A DNA stretch of 64,000 bases from Octopus bimaculoides (lineage: Eukaryota): NCBI RefSeq assembly GCF_001194135.2, contig NC_068990.1:19000367-19064366 (forward strand), written 5' to 3'. The position numbers were made by a program, and so were the translations under genes. Positions 51,216 to 64,000 of this stretch are shown in pieces. Position 1 is the first letter of the stretch. Each line of letters begins with the position of its first letter. The notes under the pieces were generated by a model. It was not told the origin of the DNA and searched no databases. It was given only the letters and a program-made list of their open reading frames with translations.

Positions 51216-53599
51216 AAATAAAGGTAGTTAAAAAAAGAATACAATTAAGTAATAATCACAGTACAACAAAAACAACCAAAGTAAACATTACAGCAACGGC
51301 GACGACAGTAGCGTAGAATGGCGATATGTTTTGTGAATAACCATCTTATGTGCTACAGTGAATATAGTGAGTTCGAAAAATGCATTCCACTTGCTTTTAG
51401 CATTACCTCAGTAAACATATTTTACCAATTGCTCAATGTTATCTTACATATGCCTCTGATAATCAGATAATAAGCGATATATAATTAGTCTTAGGAGTTA
51501 ATTTAATATAATGTAATTAGTTTGCTTGCGTGAAGAATGTGATAAAGGATTTAGTTGCAATGCGTTAATATAGGTGTATGTATTTAATATTTCAGATCAA
51601 CGTATAAATTTACTTGCTTTGGAATACGATATGCCGTCAGCTGGCAAAGCAAACACGCCAACCTTAAGACATATGCTTACTAATTGTATCCTTTCGTTTT
51701 AAACATATTATAAATTATCAGATAACGATTGATACCTTGAAAATACGATATAAATCTCTTGTATTCTGGTGAAAATGTACTACTTGTATTCGTTATAAAC
51801 CTTTTAATTACAAATCGTGTACAATAATGAAATGGGAATAAACCTTTCTAACATAGATTAAAACTGGGTCTTTATTTTTAATCATTCGCTATTACAACGA
51901 ATGCGAAGTGGACGCTGTGAGTCAGATTTGACACATTCACTCAAGAAGATTGAAAGGTAATGTGTGGAGTTAATACTTTGGTAGTTAATCAACTTTTCCG
52001 GGAACTTCATTCATCCAAACTTCAATACAGGCAGGGATAATTCTATTAGAAATTATCGATCAAGAGTCGCCAGAGGGAAAACATCCTACCTAGAAATTTA
52101 TTATAGATATTGCCTCTATATTCACGATAACACAATTATAATACGTATTTTATATCAGTTCATCTTATCTAAATTGCTGAAAATTTGGTGATGGTGGAGT
52201 AAACAAGGAGCTAGAACTTAACTTGAACTTAACGGCTAACCAAAACCTCGAATCTAGAAAACTTCCAATAAACTGTACAGTCTTCAAGTACAAGCAGTTA
52301 AATTCCCCTCATATCATATCTTGTCATAAAACATGAGAGAACCTCCCTTTCCACTGTAGCTGGAGGCAATTAATCAGTAAACGTGTGCCATAATATCCAG
52401 TGGACCTACTTAGAGCCCAGTGGGCACAGCGTTTGAAACGAGAAACTTTCAATCTGAGCAATAACAAATGTCGATTGACTAAGTAGTTTCTCGGTATTAT
52501 CATCATACAGAAGATTCATATTTTCAGTCTAAATAAAGTTTTAGAGTAAATGAAGCAAATGAAAAGGTGTTATTAACTCGTTTTAGAATATTATGCAATT
52601 ATGTCATGATCTTAAGCAAACTAACGTAAATCAGTAGATTGCAGTTTTTTTATTATCGCTGCGTTGTTATAAATTACACTCGCATACAAAACAATTACAG
52701 ATAGAGTAGCATCGACCTATGAAACACTGCATGAAAAACATAATAAGAACAACCTAACACAACATAAAAACATCGTGTAACGGAATCTGTGCGGCATGTC
52801 GGATAGTATAATTACACTAAAAATTTATTTCATTTTTATCTTAATGAACTTATCACTTGACCTATTCTCACTGATCTGTGGTTGTTGAAATTTTATAGAC
52901 ACGTTTATGTAAAGAAATAAAAAACTGTGGGTGGCAAAGGGTTATTTATCACATACAGATGATTAGAAGGTGAGTCTGCAGTTTGGTTTTCTGAACTTAT
53001 GTCTAGTTTGATGTATGGCGTAGCTTGAATTCGTGAGTGAAGCCAAAGCACTTCACTTAAAAAGTTTAATCGTGCTGGAAAGGCGTATACAACACATTTG
53101 TTCTCGTTTGCATGATGTATTTAGATATCCGTTTCTTGATAAAATCTATGAAAATATCTTCGGGGTAGTTTTTCTGAATGCAGAACTTTAAACATACGGA
53201 GCAGATATTTAATTCCGTTTAATACATCACTATGCAACTCTGGGTGTGGTCAGTAGTTAGAACTGCTGCAATCATAGATGTTCGTGGAAAATACAACTGC
53301 GAAGATGACGTGACTCAACAAGGGAGCATTTGCGTGGTCATTCGAATGCTAGAAATAACAGTTAAATATTGAAATCACATCATTTTATCCCAAATAACGA
53401 AAGGAAAAATTTGAAAGTATAACCCAATTAAATGCAAAAGAAATGATAGACATTCCTTAGCAACAAAGTTTTCGAATACGACTTTGTTTGATCACTATTG
53501 GTGTAAAAGTTAATATCATTAATAACAAAGATAGCGGGAATATAAATAATACGTTTCTAAATCTCGCAGATAGATTTATGCAGTAGCAGCACGATAACT

Positions 53600-53766
53600 T
53601 GATGGTATGTCGTCAACTTAATGTGACAGTCCCATGAAAAGGAAGAATGCTACATAAGGACACAGGAAGTGTGTCAGGTTCAACAGGAAACGGTGTTTGC
53701 TAGGGCTAAATAACAGTGGCATTCTTCCCTTTCATGGAACTGTCACATTAAATTAACATACTATCA
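53600..53766. mobile_element. MITE-like element with long terminal inverted repeats
   Basis: 53618-53650 TTAATGTGACAGTCCCATGAAAAGGAAGAATGC pairs with 53719-53751 (2 mismatches in 33 bp). Pairing extends outward to TGATGGTATGT / ACATACTATCA with an indel. Confidence 0.7.
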
Positions 53767-53927
53767 CTGAAACGTTAGAAAAGCAAGAAAACAGAATTTG
53801 TAAAAAAACACCATGTATCACGGATGGATGCAATTGTTAAGGATAATATTTGATATCAAAGAAAATTGAACTGAAAAAAAGCTGAATATATATAACATTT
53901 TCTCAACAACTGATATTGTAGAAATCA

Positions 53928-54235
53928 AAGGCGACGATCTGGCAGAGACGTTAGCACGCCGGGCGAACGTTGCATACTGGATTCGATCTAATCGATTGGC
54001 CCCTTCCCAAAAATTTGGAGCCCTGTGCCTAGAGTAGAAAAGAGACGTTAGCACACCGGGCGAGTTGCTTAGCGGTGTTTCGCCTGTCTTCACGCTCTGA
54101 GTTCAAATTCCGCCGTGGTCGACTTTGCCTTCCATCATTTCGGGGTCGATAAATTAGGTACCAGTTGCGTACTGGGGTCGATCTAATCGGCTGGCGTCCT
54201 CCCCAATTTTGGGCCTTGTGCCTAGAGTAGAAAAG
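53928..54235 (+). mobile_element. SINE type C dimer (deleted unit plus near-full unit) inside one 18-bp TSD
   Basis: Flanks GATATTGTAGAAATCAAA (53912-29) and GATATAGTAGAAATCAAA (54236-53). Confidence 0.9.
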
Positions 54236-55279
54236 GATATAGTAGAAATCAAACAAATGAGTCCAATATTGCTTATTTTTTAACCTGAGTGAAATACAAT
54301 AATAGCGATTTGTTAATAGAAATAATTCAATTAAGAATTAACGTGCTTAGTATTTTGATTCAGTTCACACCGAATGTAAATATTCCTGGTATTTTTATGT
54401 CTAAGAACGCGTATAACTATGAATACACCAAGTTAAACACAACAGTCTTTAATCTCTCCTAAAATATTTTTGCTCGTGCAAGGTTGTAACTTTGAAATAT
54501 TATATGAAAATTTAGTATTATGTACTGAGTATAAGGTTGCAAGCGATTACAAGTGAAATGTCTGAGTTGGATTCCAATCTCAGAGGAATAAACTTTTATT
54601 CGCTTACACCACAAGCGTTCTTAGAGGGACAATAAAGTTGATAGATCTTTATTTTCATTCTCTTCAGAATATAAGATTTTAGATCCAGAGAAGAGTGCTA
54701 GAGTGAAAACAGATGACGCCAATATTGATTTTTATTGCTATTCTGCTGTATTATTCCATTGTATAATTTCAACTAGATTTACACATCTAACATTAATATT
54801 TACTGTATTCTGGACGTAGAACAAAGGGTCATGTATAAAAGAGAGGGGAATAACTTCGTTGTAAGATGTATAAGTTTGAGAATTATACTTTTTATTACGA
54901 TGATGCAAAATGACCACAGACTAAAATCGAACCAGACTCAGAAAATGTATTGTTACTTGGTCCTTAAATACAGCATTCGATATCTAGCCAAAGAGTTATT
55001 GATTCATACAGAAGTTGGAGACAGTCTTTTGTTGAGAAAGATTAACTGCCTGCAACTATATTTCGATAAGAAAATTTATCAACAGTCATGATGTGAAATG
55101 TAAAATCAGTCTCAATGAATTCTGAAGATTGCTATCTTAGGTACAAATTTTGATGTTGCTAAGATATTCAATTCAAAATATCAGACACAACTTTCAGCTA
55201 ATAAATCGAATATTTTTGTCTGATATTAAAATGGAAAGATATAATTTTGAGTCAGACATCGACTCATACGTAACTACGT

Positions 55280-55450
55280 GTGAGAATGTATATATATATA
55301 TATAATCATACACACATGTACATATGAATATACACATTTATATACATATATATGTGTGTGTATACATATATATACATATTTGTATACATATACATATATA
55401 CGTAAATATATGTATATACACAGCTATATATTTACACACGCACACACACG

Positions 55451-55486
<36 letters not shown>

Positions 55487-55610
55487 CGCGTCTGTGTTTG
55501 TGCAAATATGTTAACTGCAAACATATATACATGCATATATTCATACGTTCATGCATATATATATACATGCATACATACATATTTACATAAAATATACATA
55601 CATACATATA
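55280..55610. repeat. compound (TA)/(CA)/(CATA) microsatellite
   Basis: Seen directly. Confidence 0.85.
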
Positions 55611-58536
55611 TCGTGACTGCTTACACAAAGACACATTAATACATGTGTGCCTTGAAATATCTGGAATGTCAGAGTTGAAGCGCCTTTGATCATAGATGTG
55701 CTGTTAGACTGGATGCTGGGGTCTATACAGCAATAATATTAACGAGCGTAAAGAGTATTGTGTTGCGTAAAGAGTATTTTGTTGAATTACACAACAGGAT
55801 ATTTGAAAATACGTTTACGATGGGGGAAAGTTTCTGCCAGATACCATTTCAGCCTTTGTTTTGATAATGGATAGAATGACGTCATAATATTAGGAGACAA
55901 CAAAGCAACGCGATCATTTAGGAAACCATTTAGACTGTCAAATGAAAATACGCGATAGTGAGAAGATTAGACAATTTTGTTTGAAAATGAAATTCTTTGT
56001 TCTCTTGTGTTTCATTGATTATTTTTAAGAAAGATAGAAAGAAACCGCTATATGTGGTGCGTAGTTGCTTAATAATTCTCCTAACATGTCACTCAATGCT
56101 TGACAATTACGTTGAAGATCTAACACGACATTGATTGATCATAGTTCATCGTGTTCGCTTCCTCCATAACAATAAATCAGCGAGGCATAAAACCAACTGA
56201 TCTTGTGTGAAATATGTAATAAAATCATTGAAAACCTCCTTAATTCACGATTCAACTGTGGACAATTAGACATCTGAGAATAAAATCATATAAAAAGTTT
56301 ACTGCTTTTATTGAAACGATGGCTGATGTTATCCTGCGCAAAACATTTATATTGTCATTGGTGGCCTCTAAACATTTAATTCTAGCTCAGAGCTGCTTGC
56401 TTGGTTGCATTCATTCTTCTTCATTTCTTCTCATGATAATGATAAATGCTGAAATAAAACCTTCTATTACAATCTTCATTCACAGTTTCATCCATCTTAG
56501 CATTAAACAAGCTCTTAATTTTATTTCCACTTTTCTTTCTTGATATTAGCGATTTTAGTTGTTTATAGAATTCCTTGCGATCTTTAGAAAAACCAGTTGA
56601 CTCATTCACAAGGTCAGTGTTGTGTTCTGACGACCAGAGCCCAGATTTACGCTTAGTTTAGTTATCCTGCACTGCTAGATTATAAAACCAGCATAACTGG
56701 AAAAAGATCCTATTCCGAATTTCCGAAAATCTTAATGATGTATATCCTTAACATATTTTCTTTTTAACCTGTTTCGTTACACATCGTTAAGCACGATATC
56801 TCACTATTTTCTTTCCCATACAATGTTTTCGTGTGCGCGCATGCATTATTCAATCTTGCTGTCGCTTTGGACATTTGCAAATCTTTTTAGTACCAATTCC
56901 TAAGAAATTGATACTCAGGTCTTTACAACTTTAAATATAAAAAGCATCAGCTGTAAACAATCTATCTACAGTAGAGCATGTATTCCTTTGAAAAAGGTGT
57001 GGCACTCGTTTTGGAAATGTGATTAGAAACAATGCAGAATCTATGCATGAATTAAATATAACGAATTACGGATAGAATACTTAATGTGAGAATAATTACT
57101 GCGCATTGAAAATGCACTTAATTCGTATTAGAACATTCTTGAAATTTAATGGAAATGCATTTCTGAAGTTTGAAACACCGGTGAAAGATACTCTTTATAA
57201 TTGATGAAATTATATTTGATGCATTTCTTTGTTTCTGATTCACACTTTTGCATTGTCATGACTGAAAATAACAAAAGGATTGTTATTCAATCATTCAAAT
57301 TTCAAACAAGAAATCGAAGAAACAATGAAACCAAATACAAACAACTTGGAAAATCTCAAGGAAATTGCTCTATCTACTACAAACTATATAAGGCACTTTG
57401 AGGTGAATTTCCACCTCAAAGCATGCAGTACTAAATGAAAGTAGAACATTGGATAAAAGAAGTGTAGATAATTTATACTTAAAACCAATGATTAAACAAA
57501 GTATGATATACTCTCACACTACACTTGAGGTGCAACAGAGTAAAACCAAATACTACAGTCTTATAAAGTGAAAGTTACACTACATAATATAATCGTGGAT
57601 GAACACATTTGAAAATAAATCATTTGGTCTTCACGTTGAAGCTTTTAATCGTAGGCTCCTTTAACTACAGATGATTTGGTGCTAACCAACAAGCACATCA
57701 CATCTTCTAACACAATACATTAGTGGCAAACACATGGTCAAACAACAAAATGTTGGTGCTCTATGTAGGCACTCTTTTAGCGAGATATGGCATTCAAATC
57801 TTTCTGAAGTGGACGACACACAGACTTTAGGACACCGACGGGTTGCATGCAACTGGAAGACATTTGATAATATTTTTGCTGTGGTGTGGTCTGACCTGAC
57901 CGAAAAACAATTCACCACAACTACACATTTCTGAATTATACTACACAACCACATACAGAACTACAACACAAGCATCCTTACGCTGATACATAATTGCGCA
58001 AAAAGTAATGACGAGCAACTGAACTATAAGCTCTTGGTTTATTTTCATAAAATCTTCCTCTGTTAGTTGAATATCAAACTTCTCTTCTGCTTCTGACACA
58101 AGAAAATATATACGATGCAGATTTGATGGCTCGTAGATACATAAAACTCAATCTCTTGGCGGGATAGGAGTATAGGCAAGTGTGTCCTTCATGAACACAA
58201 TAAAATCTAAAAAAATTACGCCTTCATGGAAAGTTTAAATGGTTACTGAAAAATGTATTGAAAATTTCAGAGTATTTCGTTTTTCAACTGATTTGTTTTT
58301 ATCAAAATTGCTTTACAGTAGATAATGGAAGAACAATTTTACGTAGCTAATTAAACTAAACGATTAGTATCATAATGCCTCTCCCTGCATGACCAGCATA
58401 TTTCAGATGCAACAATAATTTCTCTTAGGAACTTAATACATTCTGTCTACATTATGGGTCTTTGGCTCCTCAACATAAGAAAAATATATAATCCTGCCAA
58501 TGCACAATGGTCTCCTTTCAGTATTATTGCTTTTAG

Positions 58537-58603
58537 ATTAGAATCTACAAACGACTTACAGAAACTTGTAGCAGAAGAACAATTTACAGAGGATTTTAAT
58601 TAA
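58537..58603 (+). other. candidate terminal coding exon
   Basis: Acceptor TATTATTGCTTTTAG (58536); phase-2 frame LESTNDLQKLVAEEQFTEDFN* (TAA 58601-03). Weak. Confidence 0.2.
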
Positions 58604-58796
58604 ACTCTGCCGACGAACGAATCATTTGGATTTGCATTATCACATTAGCAAAACCTTGTGTGTATTTACTACTAAGTATGTTGAAAGATAAACCCCCAGG
58701 CAGTTGCTACATCCTAACACTATTGAAAGGATGTGATGGCTGGATATATATTTTTCTAATCCATATTTTATTTATTTGCCCGCGTCGGGTCTATAC

Positions 58797-58827
<31 letters not shown>

Positions 58828-59752
58828 TGCACACGCAATATATATTCACTGTAAAAATAGAAAGTGTGTGGATGTCCTAAAATGTAGCTAGTTCTCTATA
58901 CTGCATCATGAAGATAAAGCAAGAACTGGATTGTACATATCCAAAGCGCATATAATCTACTTGAGTTGTATGTTTTTTTTAAAAATCTATACGCTTTAAA
59001 TATTTTTCGAAATGGTATTGAAACCGACGTCCTTGGTTATCATCCAAAGAAAATTAAATAAATATATCTCAATTAACACTTTACATACACTTTGCGTTAA
59101 ACACAATGGTCTAAACAGCTAACCAGCAAGACGAATATCTTTCTATTTTTTGTTGTTGTTGAAATTGCTATTCCTGTATGTCTGGCAGAGGATGTGTTGC
59201 TTGTTAAGTATGCATGGGCGTCAGTTACTTGGCTATTTATAATTATCAGCAGAGAAAGAGAGAGACTTATAGCAAACACCGTTATGACTTACTAACAGAA
59301 TATGAATTGTAGGCATTGTGTGATGTCAGAGATAGAAAAACACAAATTTGTTATAAACCAGCGTTTTGAAAAAGAAAAATTTAATTCAATATATTAAAAG
59401 CATGCAGTTTAGGGCTGGACGAGAAACTAATATAAACATTACTGGCATTTAAGGAGTAAAACTTTTTAAAAAATTTTGTGTAAAACCGAAGCATTGGTTT
59501 CATAGTTATATAACGCTAACGTTCAGATATAGCAATCTATTTATTTAAACGTCTACNNNNNNNNNNNNNNNNNNNNNNNNNNNNNNNNNNNNNNNNNNNN
59601 NNNNNNNNNNNNNNNNNNNNNNNNNNNNNNNNNNNNNNNNNNNNNNNNNNNNNNNNNNNNNNNNNNNNNNNNNNNNNNNNNNNNNNNNNNNNNNNNNNNN
59701 NNNNNNNNNNNNNNNNNNNNNNNNNNNNNNNNNNNNNNNNNNNNNNNNNNNN

Positions 59753-59800
<48 letters not shown>

Positions 59801-60274
59801 ATACACGAATACTGAATGTAAGCGCTCCACTGGTTTGTTGTAATCAGCAGATATTTTACCCTGACACCAGTAAACTAGCATTCCCGAAACACATTCCGTA
59901 AAGACGAAGTCTTCAAGTGCTGCCTCTAGATGTTATTACTTCAAGGCTCACACTCACACACAAACCACACACACACCACACACAAACACGTACGCACACG
60001 CACACTCATACACACTTGTATAATTTCTCCATATTACGTGATTTTCCACACACCTATCTATCCTACACTGAATGAGCGCACCCGCACATACGTTTTAGAA
60101 GATAGTAATAGCTCATAACACTTAGAGTTAAAAATCCCATGAGTGGCGACATACATCGTTATACGAATAGACAAACGCATACATATTATGTACTTACATA
60201 CATGTGTATGTATACATATGTACGTGTGTATATGTGTGTTGGTATTACATAAATTCATATACACTTTTTTTTAA

Positions 60275-60480
60275 CTTTCTTTTACCTGTTTCAATCATTT
60301 GACTGCGGCCATGCTGGAGCATGGCTTTGAGGGCTTTTAGTCGAACAGATCGATTCTAGCACTTATCTTTAAGCCTAGTACCTTATTCTATCGCTATCTT
60401 ATGCTGAACCGCTATGTTACGTGGACGTAAACACACCAGAACCGGTTGTCAAGCGGTGGTGGCGGACGCGCACAGACACA
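60275..60480 (-). mobile_element. SINE type B 3' half
   Basis: TTACCTGTTTCAATCATTTGACTGCGGCCATGCTGGAGCA...TAGTCGAACAGATCG...AGCCTAGTACCTTATTCTATCG...GACGTAAACACACCAGAACCGGTTGTCAAGCGGTGG. Confidence 0.85.
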
Positions 60481-60499
60481 AGGGGACACACTCACACAC

Positions 60500-61215
60500 A
60501 GAAACTTAAAAAGGATACCAAATACATAAAAAGCTAAAAAAAACGGCACTTTTTTTCTGATAAAACCAAGAACTAATACTTTGTAGATAACAGCACATAT
60601 TCACGACTCCTACACAACAGTATCATCAATAATTACACCAAAGCTAGGCCATAAATTTATAACGAAATTAATAAAGAAGCTAGCATTATCGCCGCCAGAC
60701 TTAAATTAGATAAAAAAAAATAGAGGTCCTTCCAAAAAAAGAAGTCTTTTATAACTATCAAGGACCATAAAAAAACCTTCTTATCTAATCCTAAATGTAG
60801 GATTATTAACCCAAATAAATCAGAACCTGGTATTATTAATAAAAATTTTTTAGGAAAAATCAATGCGAAAGTTAGGAATGCTACAGAGGGTGTTTTCGAT
60901 GTGAGCATGGAGTCACATGAAGGAGTAGACATATGTGATCTCATTAGACGCGATACGTTGGGCAAGACTTTTCCTGACGTATATTTCACCAATTACAATG
61001 TTGATGCCCTAGGAAGGACATTATCCAAATGATGAAAACTTTCGGTCCTAGCATAACTGCAGATATCAACCTGACGGTTGTCAATTTCGTGTGTGTATCC
61101 TTAGGATCTAAATAAGAATATTTATAAACCTTATAGGAAGCTCAACGTTAGACTTAGTTATATTAATGTGGGTTAGTGCCATCCCCCCATATTGTTTACA
61201 AATTTATAGGCTTCC
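60500..61215 (+). mobile_element. Penelope-like element RT fragment with internal deletions
   Basis: DKTKN*YFVD..Y..LLHNSI..NYTKA...INKEASIIAARLKLD...SFITIKDHK.TFLSNPKCRIINPNKSE.GII; then FDVSMESHEGVDICDLI; then ITADINLTVVNF; then YKPYRKLN...YINV..HPP. All canonical PLE RT motifs; the YRDD segment is missing. Confidence 0.9.
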
Positions 61216-61444
61216 ATTGTTGTTTCTGCAGCTCTCGCCTCCGTTGCTGCTTTTACGGCTGGACTCGCTGCTGGGGTCGCTATTCTTATTGTTGATACTG
61301 TTACCATCACAACTGATGCTGGTGTTAATGCCTCAGAATTACATCAACTCCCCACTGGACACTCACTCTTAAACATTCGTGAGTATCGAGCTTCTGTGTG
61401 GGAATACGCATATGCAACTGTTGGTGTGCGTGTGCGTGAGTGTA

Positions 61445-61475
<31 letters not shown>

Positions 61476-61872
61476 NNNNNNNNNNNNNNNNNNNNNNNNN
61501 NNNNNNNNNNNNNNNNNNNNNNNNNNNNNNNNNNNNNNNNNNNNNNNNNNNNNNNNNNNNNNNNNNNNNNNNNNNNNNNNNNNNNNNNNNNNNNNNNNNN
61601 NNNNNNNNNNNNNNNNNNNNNNNNNNNNNNNNNNNNNNNNNNNNNNNNNNNNNNNNNNNNNNNNNNNNNNNNNNNNNNNNNNNNNNNNNNNNNNNNNNNN
61701 NNNNNNNNNNNNNNNNNNNNNNNNNNNNNNNNNNNNNNNNNNNNNNNNNNNNNNNNNNNNNNNNNNNNNNNNNNNNNNNNNNNNNNNNNNNNNNNNNNNN
61801 NNNNNNNNNNNNNNNNNNNNNNNNNNNNNNNNNNNNNNNNNNNNNNNNNNNNNNNNNNNNNNNNNNNNNNNN

Positions 61873-62010
61873 GGAGAATATACAAAAAATAACAACAGAC
61901 GAGGACAGGTGGTGTAAATAACAAAAGTATATATTAGTATGACGCTCGGGAATACGGAAAATCTTTGACGTTTCGAGCTACGCTCTTCAACAGAAAGAAT
62001 ACGGAGACAA
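61873..62010 (-). mobile_element. PLE-type pseudo-LTR-like repeat carrying a minimal hammerhead-like motif
   Basis: GGAGAATATACAAAAAATAACAACAGACGAGGACAGGTGGTGTAAA...GACGTTTCGAGCTACGCTCTTCAACAGAAAG, starting at a gap edge. Confidence 0.55.
61962..61998 (-). ncRNA. minimal type-I hammerhead-like motif with variant core CUGUUGA
   Basis: Minus strand: UCUUU, CUGUUGA, A, GAGC-GUA-GCUC, GAAAC-GUC, AAAGA. Stems I and II pair perfectly; stem III is palindromic ACGU. Confidence 0.5.
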
Positions 62011-63452
62011 GGAGAAAAAAAAATATATGTATATATATGCGTGTGTACACGAATGTGTATTGTATAGATATATAACTGTATTTCCTTCTACTAACCTGTT
62101 TTTCGAAGTAAGGTGTCAACAGGTCTTAGAAGGTAGAAAGAAAGCTAGCGAACGATGTGTTGAGAGGGGAGATGTTAACATCACCGCTCGATGGTAATTT
62201 TCGAAGAAGGCCAAATGTAAATAAGGACGCCGGCATATACAAATGCACGGACATATACAGACACATGCACATATGTATGTATATATATATATGTGTGTGT
62301 GCGTGCGCGCGTGCGCGTGTATGTATTTATGTTTTGTGTGTATGTGTGTCTGTGTGCATGCTTACAAGTAAGTATGTATGTATTTAAGTATATAAATAAC
62401 AGCTTCTGTCAGTCGATAACTGTTACACATAGCGACAGAATTAGCGCAACATTTCAGACATATGGAACCAAGTGAAGAAAGGAAGAAAAAACAAAAAGAA
62501 AAAGCGTAAAAGAAAAACAATATTGTTTCCTCTCCACGTTGTCTACACGTGCTCTCCTCATAACTGATAATTTAGATTTTCTTTATATTTCTCTTTATAT
62601 CTCTAAAGTGTACAGCCACCTCTTTCTCTCTATCTGTTATAGTTTCTATCTTAGCATTATATATCACTTGTTAATTTTCCTTTTTATCAACTCAGCTCAT
62701 TATAAAAATAAATCGGTAGGAAACTCAACAGCAGCAAGGATTTCCCGTGTTAAAAAAGAATGGCAAATCTGTTTTCGAAAGAGACAGAACAGCACTTGTT
62801 CATGATACAGCAGCAGTACAGCAAGCAGCGAGTAGTGGATTCTAGCTACAAACGATACACCTATATACGGGTATACGATGATAGATAGGTTGGGAATATG
62901 ACTGCGAGCATTATTAAACTGAATATAAGAGGAGCAAAATGGAAATTACAACAACTAAATCCATGACACAAACTACAATAATAAGGGTAATAAAATCATA
63001 GTTATATTAAAGCCGATCCCTTGTTTATTTCCTATCAGAGCCCATTTATCAAGAATATCAAACAAGATTTAGAGTTTTTTTCTGTTTTTCTTTTATTTGA
63101 AGGCATTACGAAGAATATTGAATTGCCATAGACAAATCGCGCCTTGCATAAGCGCGCAAGCGTACACGAAGGGAGACATGTGTGCACGTGTTTTCGTGTG
63201 TGTGACTGTATAATATGTATGTATGTATGTATGTATGTATTATTCCGCTTAGGCATAGCGATACTGATAACCTGGTGTTAGAACTGAATATATATGTGCT
63301 TTAGAAAGAAGCATCGGTCGATTACAGAGCAGGAATAAGAAATTAGAATGACAATGAAATAATGAATTATGTCATGAACTTCAATAATTTACCGCTGCTT
63401 CTGCTATAGATGCAACGCACACGTAGTTGAATGCTTGTGCATTACCATATAG

Positions 63453-63488
63453 CTTCATCGGAGCTTCATGCTTGAAGCTCCGATGAAG
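63453..63488. repeat. perfect 16-bp GC-balanced hairpin
   Basis: CTTCATCGGAGCTTCA-TGCT-TGAAGCTCCGATGAAG. Confidence 0.95.
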
Positions 63489-64000
63489 AATTGACTCAAT
63501 AGAACTTCTATTTATTACCATTGCATACAGTTAATACACGCTTACTCTAGGTACGTTGACACAATGAGAAGTTGAGATAATTGCTACTTGGTTTCCCTGT
63601 GTCATTTAGCTTTGTTTTTCGTACTGTAATGAATATTACTTGGTCAACATTTCGTTATAAGTCTGGAGCCTATTCTAATGACAACTCTGTCAGAAAAACA
63701 AAAATAACTTAACTACTTACGCTTTCGATTGGCATCTATTAGTTACATTCGAGTGATTATCCTTTATTGGTTATTGGTTTTCTTGACTTGCTCAGTACAA
63801 TCTGTTGGGCTATGAGGTCCAGTGACAAGTCGACATTTCCTTTTATGCAACCCTTGGGGAGTATGAAAAATGGCTAATATTTCTTTCAATCTTTACTTTT
63901 GTTTTATGCATTCAAACCCGACATAATCTCCCTCAACACATAGCTATGATGCTCCGCCACTACTACTGCTCATGATGACATATTGTCAGTCACTCAGGGA

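Noticed and set aside
52959-52969. Possible 11-nt microexon (CAG|ATGATTAGAAG|GTGAGT); similar 8-nt case at 4853-4860
   Set aside because: Weak polypyrimidine tracts and frame-shifting lengths; expected by chance.
57682-57954. Overlapping 66-aa and 90-aa ORFs
   Set aside because: No recognisable motif or convincing splice signals.
61210-61378. AG/GT-bounded hydrophobic ORF ASIVVSAALASVAAFTAGLAAGVAILIV...
   Set aside because: The acceptor is a stop codon inside the PLE remnant, the sequence resembles degenerate GCT/GTT low-complexity DNA, and 169 nt does not fit the other candidates' phase. Exonisation is not excluded.

Overview
AT-rich, microsatellite-dense eukaryotic DNA from a gapped draft assembly. 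There are 12 N-runs: 8166-8497, 16678-17002, 19795-20342, 28937-29393, 30877-31071, 35784-35980, 38371-38680, 42382-42520, 46420-47234, 48984-49719, 59557-59752 and 61476-61872; most are flanked by simple repeats. The SINE/LINE repertoire resembles what I recall from octopus genomes, but that is an inference, not a database result. No intact, recognisable host gene, rRNA, true tRNA or CRISPR array is present. Recognisable coding sequence is all retroelement debris: three CR1/L2/Jockey-group LINE fragments, R4/Dong LINE fragments with a restriction-like endonuclease, an L1/Tx1-like 3' end, and three Penelope-like elements (PLEs). At least four tRNA-derived SINE types occur; the labels A/B/C/CORE-type used here are my own. 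Most notable: (1) a PLE at 35988-37594 with inverted pseudo-LTRs that each carry a type-I hammerhead ribozyme fold, one with an intact catalytic core; (2) a second, minimal hammerhead-like motif with a variant core at 61962-61998; (3) a 250-bp near-perfect palindrome with nested hairpins at 35132-35381; (4) a candidate recursive-splicing site with a downstream RS-exon donor at 23157-23229; (5) SINE dimers, SINE-LINE shared tails and a few weak plus-strand exon candidates, suggesting the window may lie inside large introns.
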